A stretch of DNA of 64,000 nt from Paraspadella gotoi (Eukaryota; Animalia; Chaetognatha): positions 11,477,113 to 11,541,112 of the forward strand of contig CM119266.1 in the NCBI GenBank assembly GCA_051294375.1. Direction: 5' to 3'. This document shows positions 1-15,614 of the stretch, in pieces (position 1 is the stretch's first letter; each line of letters begins with the position of its first letter). Both the position numbers and the translations under genes were made by a program. The notes under the pieces are model-generated. The model saw nothing but the letters and a program-made list of their open reading frames with translations. It made no database searches and was not told where the DNA came from.

Positions 1-236
1 TTCCTTTATGATTTTTATCCTTTCTCTGTTGGTTTTTTTTTTTTGCCTTTGTTCTTTTTTTTTTTCATAAGATCAAACTCTTTTTTTTTAACTTTATATG
101 ATTGAAAATTTTTTAAATTATAAACGCGAAAATAATAGGGGAAAAACTGTATGCAATGTCATACTATGCATATGTACGAACAATAGTAATTTTTACAAAC
201 ACACTCACGCACGGCTTTTCCTAATAAAACCTTTAC

Positions 237-726
237 CCAAAATCCGGGGACGCCGTGACCCCGCGCGCCGTGACGCCCGGTAATGGCCGGCGCCAAAGTT
301 GACCGCGAAGTCGGAGTCCGGACTCAGCGGCGTCGATGTCGTATTTGTAGCCGAACTTTTTCTGGCGGAGAGTTCGAGCATGGCGGCGTGGCGTGGGCGA
401 CGCCCGTCTTGCCAATCTGAAGGTGGAAGTTGAAAGCAGCCATTTTAATTTCATCTTAAAATTATATTCAAATCATGGAATGATTTAACGATATATATCT
501 ATTTCTCAACCTCAAAAATTGAAGTGCTCCAGGGTGAGGTTCGAACTCAACAACCTCCGCATTGCTCGCCACGTTACTGCATATAAGTACGGCGCGCGTG
601 AACGATTGCGCCACTTGGAGCTACGTCAGGTGGATCGCAAAAATATTTTATCAGAATATACCCCTTTGGCACATTTCCGGTTCTTTACTATCACTTTCAA
701 GTTACTCTCTCTTCTCTCTTCTCTCT

Positions 727-795
<69 letters not shown>

Positions 796-1142
796 CTCAC
801 AATCACGTCGTGAATCCGTGAACCTTCTCCCCTTTGCGTTTGACTTCGTCCTTCAAGAAGTTGAACTCGGGACTTCTGGAAATGTCGATTCGTCCCGGAC
901 GCATCTTTGACGGTGCGAAGAACCTCCGCCGCTTTCGTCAAGTTGCTCGTATCCTTGGAGCGAAAGTTGAGGGAAGCAGACAATCGAGGTTTAGTTTTAT
1001 TATGATTCGGTATTGATTAACTTCTAGGTACTAGAATCCGTAGATCATCTCCAACAATTTAACTAAGGGAGGAGACTGGAAATGAGTAACATCGCTGGAG
1101 TATCAAGCCATCAGAATCCAAATCGGATCGGATTGTAATAAT

Positions 1143-1176
<34 letters not shown>

Positions 1177-1640
1177 TAATAATAATAATAATATAATAAT
1201 AATAATATAAATAATACGATAATAATAGATATAATAATAATAATGGTATAACTATAATTTATAAATGTTTCAAGAAAAGGTTTACTATTTTTAAAGTCCA
1301 ATAAAGAAATAAATTCTTGCAATATCTGTGCGTTCGGGCGCCTCGTCATAATCAATACATTAAAACATGTATGTAACACAACCGTCAACAAAAAGTAAAG
1401 CTGACATTTTAGCGTTTACACCCACTGCGTTCCTCGAATAACTTTCGTCATCTCCCCCCTAAACCAACCACCCCTACCACCCCTCTCAACCCAACTCTTC
1501 ACGACCATCATCGTCGTAATAACGAGCCCTAGCGCGACCGTTACAATGGGAATCAACGCGTTTCGTCGACGCCGTTTACCAGGAGACAACGCCGTCGTCG
1601 CGCCCGTACCGACGATGATGGAGTCCCGGCCGAACCGCGA
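237..1640 (-). CDS. Partial multi-exon gene of unknown product, possibly with an N-terminal membrane anchor; indel-damaged copy
   Basis: GC-rich blocks with splice-like ends at ~237-416 and ~801-955, plus a hydrophobic block near 1490-1560 reading like ...ALGLVITTMMVVKSW. Frames are broken by indels. Confidence 0.45.
525..621 (-). tRNA. tRNA-Ile(UAU), intron-containing; indel-damaged copy (pseudogene or consensus error)
   Basis: Aligns to the clean copy at 2660-2753 with extra bases in the acceptor, T and D regions. Confidence 0.75.
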
Positions 1641-1944
1641 AATTGGTTCTTTTTTTTAAAAAAAGAAAAAACCTTTTCCGCAAGAAACCGAGGACGAAAA
1701 GGAGGCGGGGAAAATGGGTCCGTCTTTCGTTCAGAGAACGCAGGGAAAGACGGCATTTCTTGAGAAATGCACGACGAAAGAAAAAAAAAAGAAACAGCGA
1801 CTCGGAAATGGGGGTTGGAATAACAAGACCCGGTTTCGCCCCTCGGAGTTGACCGGCCAGCGAGCCGGCTGTTAACGTCGCCGTCTATCGGCGGATTTCG
1901 CACTTGGCGGTTTCTCTCTCTTTTTCTCTCTCTCTCCTCTCTCT

Positions 1945-2004
<60 letters not shown>

Positions 2005-2081
2005 CTCTTCTCTCTCTTTCTATCGCTGTCGATGTTGTTTTGGTTGATGGTTATTTCCGTGTTTCTTTCCACCCTTTTCTT

Positions 2082-2113
<32 letters not shown>

Positions 2114-2118
2114 TCTCT

Positions 2119-2163
<45 letters not shown>

Positions 2164-2230
2164 CTCTCTCGACAAAATCCATGGGACAAGTTTATGGTTG
2201 GGTTAACAGGTCAGGGTTATTTATCTCTTC

Positions 2231-2271
<41 letters not shown>

Positions 2272-2659
2272 GTCGTCCTTTATGTAAATTAAGGATTCGT
2301 TATAGGCGGGAAAACGAGGTTTGAATTAATTTTTCAGTCGTTTCTCGCGTGCACTTACGTGCGCTTGCGTGCCAGCGACGCACCCGGACGGCGTCGGGCG
2401 GAGCGTTTCCTTGCGTGCACTTTGGTCAATTTATTATTCATGAAGCCGCGAACGTATTTACAAGGAATTATTTAAGTTTTACTTGGGTTATTCTTGGAAA
2501 TCTTTCTGGATTCGGATGAATATTTCAAGGGGGATGAGTTAAGTTCATATCGGAGCATAGTTTTGTGGTTATGGAGCTCATTTTATGCCACTATTAAAAA
2601 ATACTCTTAATTAAATCCTTTTTTCCCCAAAGATATTTTGTTACAGTAGAGAAAATTAT

Positions 2660-2753
2660 TGCTCCAGGTGAGGTTCGAACTCACAACCTCCGCATTGCTC
2701 GCACACGTAACTGCATATAAGTACGGCGCGCTAACCGATTGCGCCACTGGAGC
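2660..2753 (-). tRNA. tRNA-Ile(UAU) with 20-nt intron (2696-2715)
   Basis: Reverse complement GCTCCAGTGGCGCAATCGGTTAGCGCGCCGTACTTATA[TGCAGTTACGTGTGCGAGCA]ATGCGGAGGTTGTGAGTTCGAACCTCACCTGGAGCA gives a full cloverleaf, TAT anticodon and a canonical 37/38 intron as in other eukaryotic tRNA-Ile(UAU). Confidence 0.96.
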
Positions 2754-2859
2754 GATGTCAAGTGGCGATTTCTGAGTGACTCAATTCCAAATTTGAAAAA
2801 ATGATATTTATTATAAAACCACTCACTCACTCACTCACTCACTCACACTCACACACACA

Positions 2860-3560
<701 letters not shown>

Positions 3561-4185
3561 AAATGTTTGTTTTGTGTTTGAGAAAGCCTTCGATTTTCTA
3601 GTAATTGCCAATTATGGAAGACTTTTTAGATAAATAAATACAATAAATACAATACAATAAATACAATAAATACCGCTCATCACATGTGGGTCATGACGCA
3701 ATACAATTGTAATAATACTAACAAACGTTTTTCTCTACATCCGTTACGGTCTCTCTGCTCTCATTTTTGACCCGATTTTTTTTTCCTTCAAGAGACGTTC
3801 GAGAGACCGAGAGAATTCTGTAGAACGATCTCGTCCACAGCACATTAATTCTCGAACGTCCGACTTCATAGATTCGAAGAAAAGATAAAGTTTTCCCTCC
3901 ATTGACGGTTGCGGAGTCGATACAAATCATTATGAAGATGGAGAGGGGCGAAGTCTGCAACATCTATTCCTTTAGCTATCCCTTTAGCTGCTTATCTGGA
4001 ATCCCGAAAAGGTACTAGACGACATCTTCACCAGGGACTCTTTGGTTTGCCCATGATTTCCTGATGGGACGCTACGGGATCAAAGCGACATTCAGTGTCC
4101 ATTAATACGAATAAAGTATACTAGATTAAAATAATAACCATTGATCATTCCGACGACAGATTCAAAGACGAAAATTTTAGTATCG

Positions 4186-4284
<99 letters not shown>

Positions 4285-5087
4285 CTCTGTCCTCAGTCTC
4301 TCGAGGCCACGACCTTGTTTTCGATCTCCCGTCCCACGCGCCCATCTCCCACCTCCACCCCTCTCAATGGCGTCTCACGCGGTCGTCGACACGAAAAAAG
4401 AGAAACTCATTTTTACGCGCGTCATAAAGTTCAATTCTGCGAGATGAGGGGCGATCGTCCGGCGACGGCGGTGGCGACGGCGGCGGCGACGGCGGCGGCG
4501 ACGGCGGCGGTTGCGGCGGTGGCGGCGGCGGCGGCGGAAGTGACAGTAGTGGCGTTGATTGCGGTGGTGGCGGCGACGAGGGCGAAAATCATTTGACGAT
4601 CAAAACAGTGCGAAACAGGAAAAATGGATTCAAATTTCATAGCCCGAAACCTGATAAAGATAAAGATAAGGAAAATGTATCAGAAACTATACAATGCAAT
4701 ACAATGCACATACGTATCTATTTGTTTTGCTACCATAGTAAGAGTGTCATCCAAATAATCTATGTGTGTCTTAAATTTTCCTGCAATTCTGTCATCCTTA
4801 TATTTTCCATTTAAATATAACTTTTATTCCTTTTATACCTTTTTATACCTTTTATATCTTTTTTTTTCTTTTTTAATTTTAATCTATTTCACTACTTCAA
4901 ACGGAAACTATTGCATCTACAACATGGAATTGACTATCAAGGTGCTATTTCTTGCATTGACCGCAAATTGTTGGGGGATTCTGATTGACAATCGAGATGA
5001 ATGTAAGTTAACGGGAAGTTGACTCTTGAGTGACCAATATTCAAAACCATGCAAAAAGCAAAATTTTTTCCTTCAATTTCTTTGAAG

Positions 5088-5347
5088 ACAACGTCACAAG
5101 GTTGGAGAAAGCGGAAAAGATGCACATCACCGTTAAGACGGTTACGGGTGAGACCTGGCACTTCAAGTCGCTCACGGTAAAGGACAACGTCCGATCGCTC
5201 AAACTGCTCTGCTGCAAAAAACTGGGCTGGGGTCCTGAAGGAGTTGACAGCATCGGCATCACTGACCCAGGGGGAATTCCAATGAGAAACGACGTCATTT
5301 TGGGACGCTACGCGACAAGACCAACCTTCAAGCTCATTTTCGTTTGA
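5088..5347 (+). CDS. Ubiquitin-like (beta-grasp) domain, terminal exon or small gene; no C-terminal GG
   Basis: From ATG 5120: MHITVKTVTGETWHFKSLTVKDNVRSLKLLCCKKLG...ILGRY...TFKLIF, which parallels ubiquitin MQIFVKTLTGKT...VKAKI...LSDY...TLHLV. Candidate acceptor tttgaag at 5087; AATAAA near 5388. Confidence 0.65.
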
Positions 5348-6173
5348 ATAGAATTGTGAATTAAGACTAGGATGAATCTTCTTGTCAATAAATAAAATCA
5401 TAAATTGACATTTGGACAAAAAATTAACATTAAAACAAAGATATGATAATTTTTTAAAGGTATAGCGGTAGTATTACTATTATCATGATCATCCTAATTT
5501 CTAACTAACACCTTGGAGGCTACGATCCAGATCCGGTAGTGTCCTCGGCTACCTGACAGCGGCTGTGTGGTTGGCAGTAGTGGGGTTGAATGCGGCAGCG
5601 GCGGCAGCGGCGGCAGCGGCAGCAGCCACTACGGTATGGAAAAAATATCTTGTCTGGAAACGGAAACTGTGCAAACGGGAAAACGCATCATAATACTAAT
5701 GAAGCTAAAAAAATCTATCATAGACAATATATATGTCTATACCTTAGGGTTTCGTGATGTAATATTATATATATTTCCGGGCTTGTCATCGGATTTTTCA
5801 CGCGTGAAAAAAGGATTTGAAGGACTTTTCTCTGGAGCCACTGGAAGTGATGGTCTAACGTTAACTGGTTCGAAGAGAGCAACCGTCAACGAAGACTCGC
5901 TTCAAGGGATTGAGTCAAATGACGTTGAAGGGCGAAGGGTTTAAGTAGAGGTCGCCTCTCCAGAGGATGGTGGATGAAGCGAGGCGGAAGGTCAGGCGAA
6001 GGCGGTGACGTCCTGCTCGGCGAAGCGGAAAGAAAAAAAGAGGAAGGCCGAAGGAAATAAAGAATAACAACAAGGACGTTGATAACAATGATAACAATAA
6101 CAACAACGGCACGTAGGATGACTGAATTGAAGCTCACAACTATGAGCGAGTTTAAAAATAAAAAAAATATAAA

Positions 6174-6296
6174 ATCGAAAGCTTGCAGTGACCTGTTATG
6201 TCATTATATTGTAAAAAGCCTGTCCAAAGTCTGGGGCAAGATAGCGCATTTATTAAATGAACGGATAATATTATACTGGTTATACCAATTTTATAA
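6174..6296 (+). mobile_element. Fragment of a dispersed repeat family (Penelope-like pLTR candidate)
   Basis: gaaagcttgca...aaagcctgtccaaagtc...atttattaaatgaa..gataat...ccaatttt is shared with 19474-19670, 19732-19820 and 14807-14864. Confidence 0.55.
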
Positions 6297-8573
6297 TTCC
6301 ATTCGACTTTTTACATTATCTCTCCTTAGCTCGCTCCCCTTTTTCCCTTCTCCCATCTCTTCTTCATTGTCTTCCCCATTCCTCCCTTCTCCCTCTTTCT
6401 CTCACCTTTTCCTCCCCCCCTCCACTCTCTCGTCCCTATGTTTTCATTTTCCAAAGCGGCCCGTTGACTGACCGTAACGTCGAACCGTCGAACCGCGAAA
6501 CCGACGTCGTTCGACGATAAAAACGCGAGGGTCGCGTTTACCGCAAATTCGAGACCTCAGCTTCGCCGCCTGCTGTCGCAGCCGCCGCAGCCGCCGCAGC
6601 CGCACCCCATCCACACCCCCTCTTCCTCATTCAACCTCCCGTAACATTTTTTTTTTTAGATTTTACGACTCCTCACTTTACGGTTACGGTTGTTTTAAAG
6701 CCTCTCGCTTTAATGGCTCCAAAGTAGAAACAGTAATATACAACCATTTTTTTTCTTTTAAGACTGAATTTTTTTTTTTCTTATTTTTTACATTTCGTTT
6801 CAATTTTTTTTCTTGCTAAAGGAAAAAAAAAACATTATTTTTCGGTCGAAACTGTTTACGTCTCTCGGCGAAGGACCTTTGCCGAGAAACCGGCCGGGAA
6901 AAACGGCGGCGGTTCCGGGATTACAGAGGTCGAGTTCTTATTTTTGCCCATCGGCGGGAGAAACCGAAAGGTTTTTACTTGGTTTTCATATGTCATTTTT
7001 TAACATATTTCTACTAAATTATTTCCCTATTTTTAGCACGAAAAAAATAGGTTGTTAGGCTTTGTTTGTCCAATGTCCATACGTTTTACAAGTCGTGAAA
7101 TAAAATTCGTATTTTAGCATTACCCAAAAAAAGATATTTCCAAACCGCCAAAAAAAGAACAGCGAAAAAAAAAATTATCTCGAATGCGACTTATTCATAC
7201 AGATCTTCGACCCCGCCCCCCTCCTATTTTTTTTTCTCTCCCGCCATTTATTTTCCAACTGACGCCGATTACGAAGACGGCCGACGCTCGCCATATGGCA
7301 ACGTCGGCCTAGGATGACGACGAAGATGGCAAGGATGGCAAGATGTCAAGAACCCGCCATGAAGTCGACCGTTTCAAAGTGGTTCCAAGCCGTCATTCAT
7401 ATTTTATGGGCCCTCGTTCGAACGTCTTATCTTCCTTTGCGTTTCTTGTTGCAAAAGATTGGCTTATTTTTTCTTGTCTCTTCTAAAAATATAGAATATA
7501 GTATATAGTGCATCTGTGAGGCGAATCGTCTGCTCGTTGGGAAATAGAGATTTAACGTATTGTAAAATTATAAAATAGCAGTTTTTATACAACACTCTTT
7601 TTTCTTTTGTGCCCTGGCGGTGGCCAGTTTTTTTGTTTTTTTTAAATAAAACATACTTCAAAAACATTTCTATATATAATATATAAAAAAGAAATAACGG
7701 GCCTGCGATCTCAGCTCCCATTTTTTCCCCTTCTCCAGCAGCTAAGTCGTTTGTCAAAGTCGCCAAGTCCTTCCAGAACCAAATGCCAACGAAATAAAAA
7801 TTTTCTCACTCGAGAAAGGAGCGAACCATACACGAGCTAAAGTCCTTCATATAAAAAAAGAAAGAGAAAAAAAAAACCGAAATAAATAATGAACGGAAAA
7901 GCAACTTTATATAGAGTCGCCTTTTCGCTCTCTCCAACCAACCCCCTCATCCGTTTGCCCCTTCCCCCCTTGTCCCACTTTCCACCTGCTCCCTTTCCCG
8001 CCCCCCTCACGCGAGGCCAAATTTGATGGCAGTTCCTCGCCTCATTTCTTATGCGCGCCATTTTTTTTTTCTATCCGATTTTCTTCTTTTTTTTTTTCCG
8101 TCGCGTGTCGAGACCATTTTTCAAATACCGAAAGCCAAATCCTCACGGCGAAAAAGGGGACGCCGCCGAGATTCGACGCCGGTTAGATTCGACGCCGGGC
8201 TAAGGCTTAAGGCGACGGTGGCACCGAGACAGACGCCGATCATAAAGTGACTCGATCCTAAAATCCGATTCTAGGTTTGTTTGTCCGCGTTAAGATAAGG
8301 AAAATACTCTGAATTCGGTGAAATTTGCCACCATTTTGCTTTTTGGATTTTTTCTCTGCTAATGAGGCCAATTTGAATTTTAATTGACCAATGTCGAACT
8401 TTAGTGCGTGTAATTTTGTACGGGTACTTATTTCGTCTTTGTTGATGAAAAAATTGATAGTACGTAAAATTTTTTTGTAATTTTGTCACGATTCACGACC
8501 TATTCAACTCAAGGGTATTTGAAAAAAAAAATTATCTTATGTCTTCGTCAATCATTAATTTGCTCTCTCTCTT

Positions 8574-8653
<80 letters not shown>

Positions 8654-8971
8654 ATTGCTGAGTCAGACTTTCCACGACCAGGGACATAGACTTTTCATGT
8701 CTTTTCTTGGAGATCGTCCATCTTCGGATTCTGTGTTCACGTCATTCTCATCCCAAGGCGTTTACTGCCGGCGTTCAACTGTGCTGCTTAAAGTTTGCAC
8801 AGTGGATGCGAAAAATATAAATATTTTCAACGGTCAATGTCCCTCTCCTTTATGGTTTTAAAAATATTTGTAGGACTCTTTTTTTTTTCCTTTGCGGATT
8901 GCCGTAATTAGGCTACAATTTAATTAAATAATGTAAGTTATCAGCTACAATTACATTAAATTCCTTTTTAC

Positions 8972-9731
8972 CTATGATGCGCCATCAGTGCCAGGAATTC
9001 CAAATCGTTGTTGTCGGAGCAGCACTGGGGACAGTGGGAGGTGTCCTCGGAGGGGCCGTCGCGGTCGAGGGATTCCACGAGGTTGCCGAGTCGCTCCACC
9101 TCCAACGAAGTGTCCATCACCGATTTGTGAAGGTCCTTTGGGGGGGGGGAGAGAAAGGAATAAAGAGAGAAGGGGCCAGGGGGGGGATGATATAGTAAAA
9201 CCTAGTCGTCAAAAAGAAATTAAAGCGTTTATGGTAGAACAATTTTATATATTTTCTTAACAAAAGTCGCCTTAATTTATTTCAACTTTTTTTGATAATA
9301 CGACCTTGTGATTTTTTATTCCGATCTCAAAGGATTGTTCAAATTACTGTGATTGATAAAAAGAGTTTTTAAATTGTTATAATTTCCAACTCTATTCGTG
9401 ACATTTCAGATGACCTCAAATTATCGCATGACCGATCAATCGGAAAATATCGCGACCTCGAAATATTTCTATATTTGGAAATAATTTCTTTTTACTTAAT
9501 GTCAATTCGAATTATGTTCACTTGGATAGTTATTTTTTTCACCGACACACGAGAATGCTCTAACGTCGGTTCACTGTCACAAAATGACAGTAAATTTACT
9601 TTGACCGACTAAACATAACGAACGATTGTGTCACCTTTGCACTTTAGTCAGGTTTGCTTTCTTAATTCTTAAGTTTTCTCAACAAAAACTATTTGTTCTA
9701 TTTCTCTCTCTCTCTCTCACTCCTCTCTCTT

Positions 9732-9797
<66 letters not shown>

Positions 9798-9928
9798 TAT
9801 TTCGAATCAATCACTCCGAATGTTTGGATTCATCTAGTCACATTCACGGAGCTTTGGATAAACAAGGAGTTTAGAGAATATTCGAGACTATTTTTTTATC
9901 TGCTCTAAAAATAGGGAAGAAAACCGGC

Positions 9929-10003
<75 letters not shown>

Positions 10004-10517
10004 AAATTCAGAATATGCGATGGCTCGTGAGTAACGAGGAATGTAACGTGCATTAATTAAAATTCTATTATGCGGTTTGAATTCCTATCATCCCGAAAGA
10101 TCGTATTTTTTTGGAATTGTTCCAGGCATATTTTAAAATGTGACTCTGTAAAAAAAAAGAATCTAATTAAATTCTTTTCTTCGATGTTAATCTTTCGGCT
10201 CATTTAATTTTTTGCTTTAGACTTTGGCCAAAAAAATCTAAATGGCGAAAAATTACTTTTCTAATTACTCTTGAGCTTAAGTTATACAATATACATTTTA
10301 AAACCGGATCACGTTGACACACTAATCGCACTGTGGCATCACTGGGATAAAAATAGTTGTTTGCCTGCATTATCCTAACCTGCCAGTTTTCCTTGTGCCC
10401 GTTTCTGGCGTGCTTTTTCGTCTTTTCCGGTTTGAATCGAAGGTAGTAGGGTTCGTAGTAATATGGGTAATAAAGGGGATCAGCCTCCATTGGAACTGGG
10501 GACATTGGAAAGTATTT
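8972..10517 (-). CDS. Two internal exons of an unknown protein (10380-10517; 8972-9135)
   Basis: cccag|KYFPMSPVPMEADPLYYPYYYEPYYLRFKP...NWQ|gt (138 nt, phase 0-0) and caaag|DLHKSVMDTSLEVERLGNLVESL...HCPQCCSD...MAHH|gtaa. The phases are compatible. Confidence 0.5.
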
Positions 10518-11781
10518 CTGGGAAAAGAAGTAAGTCAGTAAGTAAGTAAGTAATATACAAAAACGAAACCGTAATTTCTAGAACTTATTTAGTCGTTCGA
10601 AAGGAATATTTATGTTAAACTACGGTCGAGTTGCAAAACTCATTTATTCGCTCTATTCCTTCACGTTTAAAAAGGCCTGGAATGTATACAGATAAGGCCA
10701 CTTTTCTTTCCCCTTTTTTTCCCCCAAATTTTTGGCTCGTAGATCCGAGTGATTTCCGAAACATTTCCCGCGCGCTAATGACGTCGCTCGAATATGCAAA
10801 AACCGAGTGGAAAAAATTTAGTGAGATTGATTCCGTGGGGACGGCGAAACCGGCTGGGAACTTTTTTTTTCCTGTTTTAACTTTGAAAAGAAATTGGCTG
10901 CTTTTCACTGAAAAAAAATAGAGAACTTAATCACTTCATCCTAGCCAAAACATATTCCATAATTTCGTGGATAGATATTAAATAATCTCTGGTTTGAACT
11001 ATTTTTTTAAGTATAGCTAAAACTAACGGCTTAATTTTAAAAAAATAGTCGATTATGCCAGCGAAAAAAAACTATCAGAGTTCCAAAAATTGAGAAAAAA
11101 AAGAAAAGAAAAAACCTAAAAAAGGAAAAAAAAGAAAAGAAAAAAACCCGAAGCCCCTTTTTTTGACTTCATTAGCGCCTCGATTCCCCGCGGTGATTTT
11201 TTTTTTAAACTAGAATTATACACAAAAACTGGCAGATGAGACGCCACCCAAGCTTCACACACCGCTGACTAAAACCTCACCAAACAGCCTTCAACCCCAC
11301 CCTCTCCCGTTCCTCGCTCATCCGCCTCATTCAAGCCTAACGTGATCTTTCTAAACACCCCACAACGTTTCTAACCTTTTCAACCAGCTTTTCCCCGAAT
11401 AGAAACCCATTCAGAATTCACGTACTCGTCACTACACCCCCTTTTTTTTAAACAAAAATTATTGATAATTTTCTGTCGATTTTAATTATCAATCAATTTT
11501 TTTACCCAAAAATTGGATTTTTTAAAGTTGATCAAATTTTTTTTCTTTATGATTTTTATCTTTTCTCTGTGGTTTTTTTTGTTTTTTTTTGTCCTTTTTT
11601 ATTCTTTTTTTTTTCATAAATCAAACTCTTTTTTTTTAACTTGATATGAATTGAATTTTTTTTAAATTATAAACGCGAAAATAATAGGGGAAAAACTGTA
11701 TGAAATGCATACGATGCATATTACGGAACAAAAGTAATTTTACAAACACACTCACGCACGGCTTTTCCTAATAAACCCTTA

Positions 11782-13200
<1,419 letters not shown>

Positions 13201-13442
13201 GAAATGGTTCTTTTTTTAAAAAAAAGAAAAACCTTTCGCAAGAAACGAGGACGAAAAGGAGGCGGGGAAAATGGGTCCGTCTCGTCAGAGAAACGAGGGA
13301 AAGACGGCATTTCTGAGAAATGACGACGAAAGAAAAAAAAAAAAGAACAGCGACTCGGAAATGGGGGTTGGAATAACAAGACCCGGTTTCGCCCTCGGAG
13401 GTTGACCGGCCAGCGAGCCGGCGTTAACGTCGCCGGTTATCG

Positions 13443-13995
13443 NNNNNNNNNNNNNNNNNNNNNNNNNNNNNNNNNNNNNNNNNNNNNNNNNNNNNNNNNN
13501 NNNNNNNNNNNNNNNNNNNNNNNNNNNNNNNNNNNNNNNNNNNNNNNNNNNNNNNNNNNNNNNNNNNNNNNNNNNNNNNNNNNNNNNNNNNNNNNNNNNN
13601 NNNNNNNNNNNNNNNNNNNNNNNNNNNNNNNNNNNNNNNNNNNNNNNNNNNNNNNNNNNNNNNNNNNNNNNNNNNNNNNNNNNNNNNNNNNNNNNNNNNN
13701 NNNNNNNNNNNNNNNNNNNNNNNNNNNNNNNNNNNNNNNNNNNNNNNNNNNNNNNNNNNNNNNNNNNNNNNNNNNNNNNNNNNNNNNNNNNNNNNNNNNN
13801 NNNNNNNNNNNNNNNNNNNNNNNNNNNNNNNNNNNNNNNNNNNNNNNNNNNNNNNNNNNNNNNNNNNNNNNNNNNNNNNNNNNNNNNNNNNNNNNNNNNN
13901 NNNNNNNNNNNNNNNNNNNNNNNNNNNNNNNNNNNNNNNNNNNNNNNNNNNNNNNNNNNNNNNNNNNNNNNNNNNNNNNNNNNNNNNNNNNNNNN
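13443..13995. other. Assembly gap (N run); smaller gaps at ~17188, 17873, 19707, 31430, 33566
   Basis: Runs of n. Confidence 0.99.
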
Positions 13996-14056
13996 TCTAT
14001 CGGCGGATTTCGCACTTGGCGGTTTCTCTCTCTTTTTCTCTCTCTCTCCTCTCTCT

Positions 14057-14108
<52 letters not shown>

Positions 14109-14191
14109 TCTCTCTCTCTCTCTCTCTCTCTTTCTATCGCTGTCGATGTTGTTTTGGTTGATGGTTTATTATCGTGTTTCTTTCCACTCCT

Positions 14192-14285
<94 letters not shown>

Positions 14286-15614
14286 CTTCTCTCTGACAAA
14301 ATCACATGGGACAATTATGGTTGGGTTAAAGTGTCAGGGTTATTTATCTCTTCTTTATTACATTTATTAATACAAATCAATTCTAGAATGTGGGTCAATA
14401 AGAGAAAAGTATAAAAAATTTTAAATATTTAAATATTAAAGAAGAAAGGAAAAAATATAGTTTCCTGTATATAATTTTCCATTCAAATACCCCAAAAAAA
14501 TTTGTCAAGATCAAAAAATTGAAATTGAAATAGAAAGAATAAAATTGAATAAAAAGCGCTCATAGACTTAGTATTACGTTGAATCTCATTGTATACTCAA
14601 TTTGACAATAAGAACTGAGGAGATACCGTTAATTCTCCAGTTCGAGTTTAAAGTTTAAGTTTGAGTGAGCTTTTTAGGGCTAAATTGTTCCGAGGGGCTA
14701 ATATATGCAGTTTGCAATAAATAAAATATATTTACCTGAAATCGCCCTAAAAATTTGTTTTGTCAAGATTCTAAAACATAAACCTTTGAAAACGTTATAT
14801 AGAATTAGAAAGCTTATTTATTAATTGAAAAGATAATTATTATATTGGTTTACCAATTTTATATGGCAATGATCGAGATCTTGTCTTTTTAATCATCCAA
14901 GAAAAATTTAAATGTTCCGGGGCATTCGCTGACAGCTTTAATACTTCTTTACTTCTTTACTCGGATTTTGCTGAGACTTTTGTTTTTTTTTTTAAAGTTA
15001 TTTGTATTTTTTAAGAAATGCGAAAGATGGAAACATGTTTTTGGAATCAAGTCTAATCGAAACAAAAGCTCCACTCGTATTCATTGATTAAGATTTTAAT
15101 AGGACATTAATTTAATTACTGTATTACACTTGTAATGTTGTTATAACCAAAATGCCACCAGAAAAGCCTATATCAGATCAGAATTCATTATCAATTCTTA
15201 GTGAATTAATTAATTTCTTTCTCAGAGGGAATTTCGATTCCACTTATACCGACCTTGAAGTTCGACTCCAATTAACATTGTCATTCTAATGGCCAATGCC
15301 GAATACGCCGGCGTCGATGATAACAAAGATAAAATTTAAATTATTTTAGGCGGATTACGCAACGTATATTTTGATGACGCATCATGCAGGTATTTTTTTT
15401 TTCATAAATCGTTTTAAAAATTTATTAATTTATGTTTTTTTTATAAAATTAGTCTGAATTATAAATTTTTTTGTGACATAATCTGAATAACCCAAGACAA
15501 CCAGAACCAACGACAAAGGCAAGACATAAAGCTAACTTTGAAGACATCTTGATAATCAAGGGGAAGAAGGAAGTAAGTTTGGAAAAGAACAAAAACATTA
15601 ATCGAACTTGTATG

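Larger units (their letters stand above)
1..2232. repeat. Copy A of a ~2.2 kb segmental duplication (copy B at ~11543-14353); may extend left of the window
   Basis: Colinear near-identity with 11543-14353 (same tRNA-Ile, exons, AAT and CT tracts). Differences are mostly 1-nt indels. Copies diverge after 'ttatctcttcttt'. Confidence 0.9.

Noticed and set aside
4431-4640. Ala/Thr-rich minus ORF resembling type I antifreeze protein
   Set aside because: Explained by GCC/GGC triplet low complexity; no 11-residue Thr periodicity.
7200-7360. Minus-strand ATG GCG GGT TCT TGA followed by a hydrophobic open stretch (possible selenocysteine readthrough)
   Set aside because: No recognisable selenoprotein motif or SECIS; too short to support.
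13402-14370. 322-aa and 192-aa ORFs
   Set aside because: They span the N gap and microsatellites.
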